From the IMG/VR virus record IMGVR_UViG_3300025280_000026, positions 1 through 64,000 of that record: 64,000 nt of DNA; one strand, given 5' to 3'. A program made the translations under genes and the position numbers. Shown one piece after another: positions 49,555 to 57,840 of the stretch. The notes beneath the pieces were generated by a model that saw only the letters and a list, made by a program, of their open reading frames with translations, was not told the DNA's origin and searched no databases. This stretch comes from a virus. The number at the start of each line of letters is the position of its first letter. Position 1 is the first letter of the stretch.

Positions 49555-50745
49555 TTGTATTTTCAAGTCATTGACGATAAGACAGAGTGCATTGGCGTTT
49601 ACGCAAATGAAAAAATATATTATGACGAGATGCCAAAGGGCATTTCAAAGACATGGAAGTATACTTCGATCCTACGCGATAGAAATGATATAGAATATGC
49701 TAGTTTATATTGTGGCGGAGAAAACTTGGAAAAAGCATGTCCAGAACATTTGCAAACGCGATTACACAATGTGCTTGACCGCTTCAAAGCATATTTAATT
49801 TCGTTTAAAGAAGCAAAGATATCGTTATATGATAATTGCTTTTACGATTTAGTTCCAGAGAGGTTCGTGTTAAAATATTGTGATGTGAAAAATCAAATTA
49901 CAAAATATATTTTTGAGAATTACGACAAGCCCAAGAATTATAATTTTCTTGTCTCTCTAAGCAAAGTTCTGGAAGATATTAAATATCGAGCCCTTCAATT
50001 GGATTTTGATGGTTTTGATTTTGGTTCTGTGGGAGGAAGGGCCTTCCATAAAAAAATCAAGCAAATCAATCCTTATATCGCATATGATATTTTTGGTTCT
50101 AGAACTGGACGCTTAACAACCAAGAAAAAAAGCTTTCCTATTTTGACTCTAGACAAGAAATATAGGGGCACCTTAAAACCAAATAACGACTATTTTGTCG
50201 AATTAGACTTTAACTCAGCCGAGATCAGGACTTTCTTGGCCCTCCAAGGCCTCAAGCAGCCCAAGGAGGATATTCATACCTGGATTGGTGAGAACGTCTT
50301 TAGGGGCCAAATAACCCGTGAAGAAACAAAGAAGAAGTTTTTTGCATGGTTGTACAATCCTGAAGCAAAAAATGAGGTTCTGGAGAAAATTTTTGATAAA
50401 AATAAAATATTAGAGAAATATTGGGATGGTGAACAAGTTGAAACACACTATGATCGAAGAATAAAAGCTGGTAAGAAGCATGCCTTGAATTATTTAGTAC
50501 AGAGTACCACAAGTGATTTATTTTTGCGTCGCGTGATCGACATATGGGATTTTTTGAAGGGAAGGTTAACCCACGTTGCTTTTTGTATACATGATTCGTT
50601 GATATTAGATTTTTCTATAGAAGATAAGCCACTACTAGAAGGGATTATCGATACATTTTCAAATACAGAATTAGGGAGATTCAAAGCCAATGTGAGTATT
50701 GGAAAGAATTTTGGTGAAATGAGGAAACTAGAATGGAAACAGTAA
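49555..50745 (+). CDS. Minimal family A DNA polymerase-like protein
   Basis: TGRL; motif A LDFNSAEIR; motif B REETKKKFFAWLY; NYLVQST; motif C IHDS; no exonuclease domains. Confidence 0.8.
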   Translation: MYFQVIDDKTECIGVYANEKIYYDEMPKGISKTWKYTSILRDRNDIEYASLYCGGENLEKACPEHLQTRLHNVLDRFKAYLISFKEAKISLYDNCFYDLVPERFVLKYCDVKNQITKYIFENYDKPKNYNFLVSLSKVLEDIKYRALQLDFDGFDFGSVGGRAFHKKIKQINPYIAYDIFGSRTGRLTTKKKSFPILTLDKKYRGTLKPNNDYFVELDFNSAEIRTFLALQGLKQPKEDIHTWIGENVFRGQITREETKKKFFAWLYNPEAKNEVLEKIFDKNKILEKYWDGEQVETHYDRRIKAGKKHALNYLVQSTTSDLFLRRVIDIWDFLKGRLTHVAFCIHDSLILDFSIEDKPLLEGIIDTFSNTELGRFKANVSIGKNFGEMRKLEWKQ

Positions 50746-51593
50746 TAGGTTTAGGTCAAGCTGGTTGTAAAATAGCAGAACAGTTTGCAAAATATCCCCA
50801 GTATGACGTTTATCGAATTGATTCTGAAAAGAGACAGGGAAACAAATTTAAACATATTAAAGAATGCGATTCACATGAGGAGTATGAGAACAAGTGTCCT
50901 TCATTCAAAAGATTTTTTAAAAATGTAAAACCACCTTATCTTTTTATACTTTCCGGCGCAGGATCCATTTCTGGCTCGGCCTTAAGAATAATGGAACAAT
51001 TAAATTCTGATGATATATACGTTCTATATATAAGGCCAGACACCTCGTTACTATCCGAGATCAAGAAAAAGCAGGAGAGAGCAGGTTTTCATGTGTTACA
51101 GGAATTCGCTCGTTCTGGGTTGCTCAAAAGAATGTTTTTGGTTGATAACACAAAAGTAGAAGAGCTTATACAAAATCTTCCAGTAATCGGTTATTATGAT
51201 AAATTAAATGAAATGATAGTATCTGTGATGCACATGATAAATTGTTGCATGAATTCTAAACCGGAGCTTGAAACATTCGACGATCCACCAGAAACTGCGA
51301 GGATATCAACTTTGGGAATTGTTGAGCTAGAAACGGGCAAAGAAAGTTTATTTTTTGATTTAAAAATGCCTCGTGAAAAGGTATACTTCTATATGATTCA
51401 TGAAGATAAATTAAAGAATGACGGAGAGTTATTAAAGACCATAACGAGCCAAGTTCGCTCAAGGATGGAAGGTGGCAACATACAGACGTCATTTGGGATA
51501 TACTCCACGGAATATGAACAAGGGTACGTTTATGTTCTTGCACACACTTCTTTAGTACAAAATGAAATTTTTTATTTGTCTGATAAGAATTAG
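50733..51593 (+). CDS. Divergent tubulin/FtsZ/PhuZ-like protein
   Basis: VIGLGQAGCKIA T1 loop and LVDN; signature GGGTGSG degenerate (SGAGSISGS). Confidence 0.75.
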   Translation: METVIGLGQAGCKIAEQFAKYPQYDVYRIDSEKRQGNKFKHIKECDSHEEYENKCPSFKRFFKNVKPPYLFILSGAGSISGSALRIMEQLNSDDIYVLYIRPDTSLLSEIKKKQERAGFHVLQEFARSGLLKRMFLVDNTKVEELIQNLPVIGYYDKLNEMIVSVMHMINCCMNSKPELETFDDPPETARISTLGIVELETGKESLFFDLKMPREKVYFYMIHEDKLKNDGELLKTITSQVRSRMEGGNIQTSFGIYSTEYEQGYVYVLAHTSLVQNEIFYLSDKN

Positions 51594-51675
51594 TGCTTAT
51601 TATTTATACAGCGATAATCAACCTAGATGTTCAGAAAATTAGCTGGGCATACTATACCAAAAAAGGAGAATTTAC

Positions 51676-52428
51676 ATGGGTATTGATATGAAGAAGATGA
51701 AGTCAAAGCGGGAAGCTTTGCAAAACCGTGGAAGCGGTGGGAGTAACAAGGAAATGTTTTGGCGTCCTCAAGACGGCGAGACCACAATCCGCATTGTCCC
51801 AACTGAAGACGGTGATCCGTTTAAGGATTTCTGGTTCCATTATAATGTGGGCAATAATCCTGGGTTTTTGAGCCCGAAGAAAAACTTCGGTGAGGATGAT
51901 CCCCTTGATAGTTTTGTAAGGAGTCTCTTTAAGGAGGGTTCAGATGATAGCATCAAGATGGCCAAAAGTTTGATGGCCCGCCAACGTTTCTTCGCACCAG
52001 TCTTGGTTCGAGGGGAAGAGGACAAAGGAGTCCGTGTCTGGGGCTTCGGCAAGATGGCTTATCAAGAGTTGCTTAACCTTGTTCTCAATCCAGACTATGG
52101 TGATATTACTGATATCTCAGAGGGTACCGATTTGGTAATTACTTACGGCAAACCCCCGGGAGCACAATTCCCGCAAACGACCATTACGCCTCGCCGTCGG
52201 CCGTCACCCTTGTCAAGTGTCAAGAAGGATATCAAGACGTATCTTGAGCAAGTACCTGATTTTACTACGCTTTTCGAGCGTAAGACCCCGGTACACGTTC
52301 AAGGAATGCTCGATGAATTCCTCTTGGGCGAAGAAGCAGAGGAGAATTCAACGGAAACTAAGAAGTATAAAACAGATACTGACAAGGCATCTTCCGTTGA
52401 TGAGGCTTTCGCAGAATTTCTTGGTTAA
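51676..52428 (+). CDS. Single-stranded DNA-binding protein (gp32-like)
   Basis: FWRP..G...IRIVP, GVRVWGFGK, DYGDITD..EGTDL, acidic C-tail VDEAFAEFL. Confidence 0.85.
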   Translation: MGIDMKKMKSKREALQNRGSGGSNKEMFWRPQDGETTIRIVPTEDGDPFKDFWFHYNVGNNPGFLSPKKNFGEDDPLDSFVRSLFKEGSDDSIKMAKSLMARQRFFAPVLVRGEEDKGVRVWGFGKMAYQELLNLVLNPDYGDITDISEGTDLVITYGKPPGAQFPQTTITPRRRPSPLSSVKKDIKTYLEQVPDFTTLFERKTPVHVQGMLDEFLLGEEAEENSTETKKYKTDTDKASSVDEAFAEFLG

Positions 52429-52436
52429 TTCCAAGA

Positions 52437-52470
52437 ACCACAGGGAGGCATAGGTTTATCAGGTGCCTCA
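52437..52470 (+). repeat. Structured direct-repeat element, copy 1
   Basis: ACCACAGGGAGGCATAGGTTTATCAGGTGCCTCA; stem GAGGCAT/GTGCCTC. Confidence 0.9.
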
Positions 52471-52535
52471 ATTTTCATTAATGGGATGACGGTTGTATAA
52501 TAACCAAAATATCCCCTAACTACAAGGAGAATAAA

Positions 52536-53837
52536 ATGAAAAAAATTAAATTAAATCTGCCGCCTGGGCAGCCATTCTTAACAAACGGGAATGGAGTATA
52601 CGACGTGTATGTAATACCGTCTTTGGAATGCGGATTAGACCAAATACCAAAAGGTCTGAATCCTCGGGATCTGGACCCGGAGTGTACAAAAGTTAAAAAC
52701 ATCAAGGCCAGCTTTTTAAAAAATGACAATATGTTTATAACCAAGTGCGGTGGCATGCAAGTTACTATAGATAACGACTCTTTTGAGTTCGATTCAAATA
52801 ATAGTTGTGTCACTTTCACTTGCGAATGGGGTCATAATCCACCACGGCCGATCGCAGAAGGTCGATCTGGTCATTATGATGGTCAACATAGTGGGTACGC
52901 TATAACCACGGCTCTTCAAGAAAATCCAAATGTTAATGAGGAGGTTAAGGTGACCCTCGTGGAGCAGCGCGTGTTTAAAACTATTGATGAAAACCGCGAC
53001 GCCACCAACTGTTGGAATGACAGAACCAATCAAAAGCAGTCTAGCGAACAAAACATGCGAGGACTTTTTGATGATCTGAAAAGCAATATCAAATATACTG
53101 ACCTTAAAAATATTGGATGGAAACAATATCAGAAAAACGTCAATGGTGAGAAAATAACTGCCGCGAATGAGGTACAACAAGTCATCAGACTTTTATCTAC
53201 CTACTTCCCTCTAACTTATGAACCGGGCCTTGGTGTTCCTTATATCGCGACACTTCCTAAAGCTGGAGAGAAAACAGCGATCAATATGTTAACAAACGAC
53301 AAATATAAGCCGTATACTCTTCCCACACAAAAACATGTGGATTATGTTTTAGAACTGTCTGATTATATTCAGAGCACTATGGAGAATATTTTGGGCAGTG
53401 ATTTTAATGAATTTCCATTAATTAAACAATCCGGCGCCAAGCAGCTTCTTAAGCAGCCAAGCAAAAGAAGATTTTTTAGAACAAATTTATTCAATGGTCA
53501 GGAAGCCATCGGTGCCCTTAACAAAGACTATATTTTGATGTTCGTATACGCAGTTGTTAGTAACTGCTATGAATGGGATGAAAAGAGACAAGAATATGAT
53601 CAAAAGCATTCTATTGCCTCCGCAAAAGCAATCTGGTCTGAATACGGCAAAAGGCTGCTCGATGAAGTTAATAGAGATTTTATAGCGTCTTTTGCAAATT
53701 CGAGCAAATCGAGAAAGTCTGATTTTGTTAATCAGCACACCAAGTGGGGTCTACTCTCACACTTAATTTTCAAAGGAATGAGGGATAACAAGTGGAAGAA
53801 TAGAATCAATACTTCTCTTAAAGCAAAGGCAGCTTAA
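52536..53837 (+). CDS. AIPR/ParB-Srx-superfamily-like protein
   Basis: NPR...KNIKASF....MF..KCGGMQV...GHYDGQHS pattern resembles the AIPR core; AAGGAG SD; TATAAT at 52496. Confidence 0.55.
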   Translation: MKKIKLNLPPGQPFLTNGNGVYDVYVIPSLECGLDQIPKGLNPRDLDPECTKVKNIKASFLKNDNMFITKCGGMQVTIDNDSFEFDSNNSCVTFTCEWGHNPPRPIAEGRSGHYDGQHSGYAITTALQENPNVNEEVKVTLVEQRVFKTIDENRDATNCWNDRTNQKQSSEQNMRGLFDDLKSNIKYTDLKNIGWKQYQKNVNGEKITAANEVQQVIRLLSTYFPLTYEPGLGVPYIATLPKAGEKTAINMLTNDKYKPYTLPTQKHVDYVLELSDYIQSTMENILGSDFNEFPLIKQSGAKQLLKQPSKRRFFRTNLFNGQEAIGALNKDYILMFVYAVVSNCYEWDEKRQEYDQKHSIASAKAIWSEYGKRLLDEVNRDFIASFANSSKSRKSDFVNQHTKWGLLSHLIFKGMRDNKWKNRINTSLKAKAA

Positions 53838-53844
53838 ATGCCAC

Positions 53845-53877
53845 ACCACAGGGAGGCATGGGTTTATAGATGCCTCA
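53845..53877 (+). repeat. Structured direct-repeat element, copy 2
   Basis: ACCACAGGGAGGCATGGGTTTATAGATGCCTCA; stem GAGGCAT/ATGCCTC. Confidence 0.9.
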
Positions 53878-53896
53878 TTCAATATATGGAGAAAAA

Positions 53897-54997
53897 GTGG
53901 CCAGGAAAGCTAAAAAACTAGGAAAGCTCAGCATGGATGACATGCGAAACCTAATCAACAGAAAAGCAGGATTAGACGTTGCACACGATCTGAGAGAAGA
54001 GAATCCAACTGAAGTAAAACAATGGATTCCAACTGGATCAACTTGGCTGGATAATATCATATGCAGAGGCAAAAAAGCAGGAATTCCTGTTGGCAAGATA
54101 TCAGAGATTGCTGGACTAGAGGGATCCGGAAAATCATGGATGGCTGCAGAAATCGCCACCAACGCTCAGGAAATGGGCATAGACGTCGTTTACTTCGATT
54201 CTGAATCTGCCATAGACCCAAGCCTCTTGGAGCGCTTAGGAGTTGATTTAAACCGGTTCCTGTACGTTCAAGCTTCGAGCGTGGAATTTGTGTTGGAAAC
54301 GATTGAGGAACTTCTTGGTTCGAATGATGGCCAAATGTTGTTCATTTGGGATTCGCTAGCTTTAACACCGGCAATTACAGATGTGGAGGGTGATTTTAAT
54401 CCCCAATCATCGATGGCTGTCAAAGCTAGAATTTTGGCCAAAGGCATGTCGAAGCTGACAGTACCAATCGCGAATACACAATCAACGTTTTTGGTACTAA
54501 ATCAACTTAAAACAAATATCGCATCCAATCCTTCACAAAGGATGCAAATAATGACTACTCCGTATGTGACCCCAGGTGGAAAAGCAATGCATTACGCATA
54601 TTCACTACGTATCTGGCTTACTGGTCGCAGGGCTAAATCTTCCTTTATTATGGATGGCGACGACCGCGTAGGATATCAGGTGCAAGTGAAACTTGAGAAA
54701 TCACGTTTCGGAACATCTGGTCGAAGATGTCATTTTAAGATTATGTTTGCTGGAGAAGTTGGTATCCGTGATCAAGAGAGCTGGCTAGAAGCGTTAGCCG
54801 GTTCTGAAAACCTAACACAATCCGGTGCATGGTATACTTTACGTTATGAAGATGAGACCACTGAGAAATTTCAATCAAAAAATTGGGTTGAAAAAATAAA
54901 TAGCAATGAACGCTTTCAAGAAAGAGTGTTGGAGCTAATGGAAGAAGAGATTGTTCGGAAATATCAAAAAAAGACTGAACAAACCTCGACTGCATAA
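53897..54997 (+). CDS. recA: RecA/UvsX recombinase
   Basis: WIPTGS..LD, GIP.GKISEIAGLEGSGKS, FDSE, WDS, NQL, TPGGKA, GAWY; GTG 53897 with GGAG SD (track start 53870). Confidence 0.95.
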   Translation: MARKAKKLGKLSMDDMRNLINRKAGLDVAHDLREENPTEVKQWIPTGSTWLDNIICRGKKAGIPVGKISEIAGLEGSGKSWMAAEIATNAQEMGIDVVYFDSESAIDPSLLERLGVDLNRFLYVQASSVEFVLETIEELLGSNDGQMLFIWDSLALTPAITDVEGDFNPQSSMAVKARILAKGMSKLTVPIANTQSTFLVLNQLKTNIASNPSQRMQIMTTPYVTPGGKAMHYAYSLRIWLTGRRAKSSFIMDGDDRVGYQVQVKLEKSRFGTSGRRCHFKIMFAGEVGIRDQESWLEALAGSENLTQSGAWYTLRYEDETTEKFQSKNWVEKINSNERFQERVLELMEEEIVRKYQKKTEQTSTA

Positions 54998-55079
54998 ATT
55001 GCTCCTGCGCCCAACCCCTAATATTAGTTTTTAAGCAAGAGTTTTTAAAAACTAATTAAATGTACACGAGGAGAATCGT

Positions 55080-55445
55080 ATGTCTAAAATAATTAAAAAT
55101 ATAGTTGCAGAAGTAATTGCAGACAAAGTGCAAGAAGCCGAATGTCTTATCCACACTTCTACAAAAGAAAATTTAACCGATGTCTTAACTTCTATCCGAG
55201 CAATATCGGGAGTTACAATTGTTAATTTAGTTGGCTCTTCACAAAAAGTTTCGGAAGGTAGAACAGCATCATATTTGAAAATTAAGTTTATACCCAATAT
55301 AACTTCTTCTGATAGCTATGTAAGAAACCTGGCGGATTACGTAAGAAATCTTCCAAGCGTCTTCACCTTCGAAGTCAAGAAAGTTGAAAACCTCAAACAG
55401 AAATTGGCGCGCAGGAAGCAACAAAAAGATATAATGAGTATTTAA
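55080..55445 (+). CDS. Hypothetical protein (ACT/ferredoxin-like pattern) under a late-type promoter
   Basis: TDVLTSIRAISGVTIV; ACTAATTA 55051; GAGGAG SD. Confidence 0.6.
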   Translation: MSKIIKNIVAEVIADKVQEAECLIHTSTKENLTDVLTSIRAISGVTIVNLVGSSQKVSEGRTASYLKIKFIPNITSSDSYVRNLADYVRNLPSVFTFEVKKVENLKQKLARRKQQKDIMSI

Positions 55446-55461
55446 AGCACTAGAGGAAAAA

Positions 55462-56439
55462 TTGAAAACTAAAAGATTGCTGTTAATTGATCAGCTAAAC
55501 TTGTTTTTTAGATCTTACATTGTTGATCCTTCTTTGTCCACTAATGGCCAACCCATTGGAGGTTTAAAAGGAGTGATAAAGGCATTGCAAAAAATCATCC
55601 GCGAGGCGAAACCTGATGAAATTATTATTTGTTGGGATGGCCGCGGAGGTTCTACAAAGCGCAAAATTATAAATAAAAATTACAAAGAAGGCCGAAAGCC
55701 CCCACGCCTTAATCGAGGGGACAGAATTCTTACAGAATCAGAAGAGCGAACAAACAAAGTGTGGCAACTTCAGAGGTTAACTGAATATTTCAATGAAATG
55801 CCGTTAATACAATTTATGTTCGATGGGGTCGAGGCCGATGACGTAATCGCTTATCTGGCAAAACACAAATATTATGAAGATTGGCAAAAAGTAATTGTTT
55901 CAAGTGACAAAGATTTTTTTCAACTTCTAGACACAACTACAGTTCTTTACAGACCAGTACAAAAACAGGTCTTAAACATGAAGACTTTAATAAAAAAACA
56001 CAATATACATCCTAATAATTTTGCTCTTGCGAGAGCAATGGTGGGTGATAAGAGTGACAATCTTGAAGGTGTAGGTAATATTGGATTAGCCACGGCCTAT
56101 AAAAGATTTCCTTTTTTACTGGATGAGAAGCCAGCTACCTTAACCGAGGTTTTAGATTATTCTAAAGAGCAGCTTAAAGAAAAAAAACTCAAAGCATATG
56201 AAAATATTATTAACAACGCTGATATCTTAAAGAGAAACTACAAGATGATGCAATTATACGCTCCCATCCTGGACATAAATGCAAAGAAAATACTTCGCGA
56301 GACAGTGCAAGGAGCAAAAATTAGTTTTAATAAAACAGAGATTATTAAGATGATGACACAAGATGGTTTTGGAGAGGTAAATTTTAATGAACTATTTGTC
56401 CATTTTAATAAGATAGTGGTTGACCAGAAAGCCATCTGA
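55462..56439 (+). CDS. 5'-3' exonuclease / T4 RNase H-like flap endonuclease
   Basis: LLIDQLN, WDG, YKEGR, EADDVIA, SSDKDF.QL, GDKSDNLEGV..IG..TA. Confidence 0.92.
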   Translation: MKTKRLLLIDQLNLFFRSYIVDPSLSTNGQPIGGLKGVIKALQKIIREAKPDEIIICWDGRGGSTKRKIINKNYKEGRKPPRLNRGDRILTESEERTNKVWQLQRLTEYFNEMPLIQFMFDGVEADDVIAYLAKHKYYEDWQKVIVSSDKDFFQLLDTTTVLYRPVQKQVLNMKTLIKKHNIHPNNFALARAMVGDKSDNLEGVGNIGLATAYKRFPFLLDEKPATLTEVLDYSKEQLKEKKLKAYENIINNADILKRNYKMMQLYAPILDINAKKILRETVQGAKISFNKTEIIKMMTQDGFGEVNFNELFVHFNKIVVDQKAI

Positions 56440-56448
56440 CCTTATATT
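56420..56448 (+). promoter_or_regulatory. Sigma70-like promoter TTGACC-17-TATATT
   Basis: Near-consensus -35/-10 upstream of the helicase. Confidence 0.65.
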
Positions 56449-56462
56449 ATATCTAAAGGAAG

Positions 56463-57836
56463 ATGATGAAAGAAGAACAGGTTAATTTTGCAAAATATGG
56501 TAAAAGTTTTCAGGAAACATTAGCTCAACTAATATTAGAAGACCGGCCTTTTGCAGACCAAATCGAGGAAGTTATTGATGTTAACTTCTTTGAATTAAAA
56601 TACCTTCGTGTTTTTATAAGTAAAGTATTTGAGTATCGAAAAAAATACGGGGTACATCCAACTAACAAGATTATAGCATCCGTGTTAAGAACGGAGCTGG
56701 ATAATGAGAATGAAGCTGTCCAAAAACAAGCAAGAGATTATTTTGCTAGGACACTTGCCAGGCCGGCTTCAGACACAAAATACATCAAAGAGACTAGTCT
56801 TGACTTTTGTAAAAAACAAAACTTAAAAAGAGCAATTTTGAAGTCTGTTGAGTTACTTCAGTCGTCGTCTTATGATGAAATTAAGGATGTCATTGATGAA
56901 GCTTTAAAATTGGGTGTTGATAATAATCACGGTCATGATTTCAAAAAGGATTTTGAACTTCGTTATACACTCCAAGCACGAAACCCTGTTTCGACTGGTT
57001 GGAAAATAATTGACGGCATCACAAAAAATGGTTTAGGCAAAGGAGAGTTGGGAGTCATTATTGCTCCAACCGGCGCGGGTAAATCAATGGCCCTAGCCCA
57101 CCTCGGCGCCATCGCTGTGAAGAATGGTAAAAGCGTCGTGCATTATACTTTGGAGCTTTCTGAAGCAATCACTGGCCAAAGATACGATAGTTGTATAAGT
57201 GGTGTCAGATTAACCGATCTTCTTTCAATGAAAGATATGGTGTATGAAAAAATTACCGATGTTGAGGGATCTCTGATTATAAAAGAGTATCCAACTCGTT
57301 CAGCAACTATAAATATTTTGCGCGCTCATCTAGAAAAATTAAAAAAAAGAAATCAAGAAATCGATGTAATTTTAGTGGATTACGCCGATCTGCTCAAACC
57401 TACATCAAATTATAAAGAGAAAAGGACTGAGTTGGAGTCTATTTATGAGAGTCTAAGAGCTTTAGCGCAAGAATATAATTGTCCAGTATGGACAGCATCC
57501 CAAACTAATAGATCTGGACTTAATGCAGAAGTTGTGACAATGGAATCGATTTCAGAGGCTTTCAGTAAATGTTTTGTTGCAGATTTTATACTTTCCATCT
57601 CTAGGACGATCAAAGATAAAAATGCAAATACCGGTAGAATGTTTGTTGCGAAGAACCGCAACGGCGTCGACGGTTTAGTATATCCAATTTTTATGGAACC
57701 AGCGACCGTCAAAATTAAAGTATTCGAACAGGAAGAAGATGCCGCCGAACTGTTGAGAGAAAAGACTCCGAAAGAACAAGCTGATGCAATAAAAGAGAAA
57801 TATAAGAATTTTAGAAGACAAGCAAGGGGGGCGTGA
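56463..57836 (+). CDS. dnaB: Replicative helicase (DnaB/gp41-like)
   Basis: APTGAGKS, YTLELS, VDYADL, WTASQTNR, KNRNG. Confidence 0.93.
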   Translation: MMKEEQVNFAKYGKSFQETLAQLILEDRPFADQIEEVIDVNFFELKYLRVFISKVFEYRKKYGVHPTNKIIASVLRTELDNENEAVQKQARDYFARTLARPASDTKYIKETSLDFCKKQNLKRAILKSVELLQSSSYDEIKDVIDEALKLGVDNNHGHDFKKDFELRYTLQARNPVSTGWKIIDGITKNGLGKGELGVIIAPTGAGKSMALAHLGAIAVKNGKSVVHYTLELSEAITGQRYDSCISGVRLTDLLSMKDMVYEKITDVEGSLIIKEYPTRSATINILRAHLEKLKKRNQEIDVILVDYADLLKPTSNYKEKRTELESIYESLRALAQEYNCPVWTASQTNRSGLNAEVVTMESISEAFSKCFVADFILSISRTIKDKNANTGRMFVAKNRNGVDGLVYPIFMEPATVKIKVFEQEEDAAELLREKTPKEQADAIKEKYKNFRRQARGA

Positions 57837-57840
57837 ATAA

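Noticed and set aside
52437-52470. Guanidine-III riboswitch
   Set aside because: Similar pseudoknot layout, but the CGAGG-type core as I recall it is not matched and gene context does not fit; needs Infernal
52437-53877. Repeats as a CRISPR array or IS ends
   Set aside because: Only two copies, 1.4 kb apart; no cas or transposase gene
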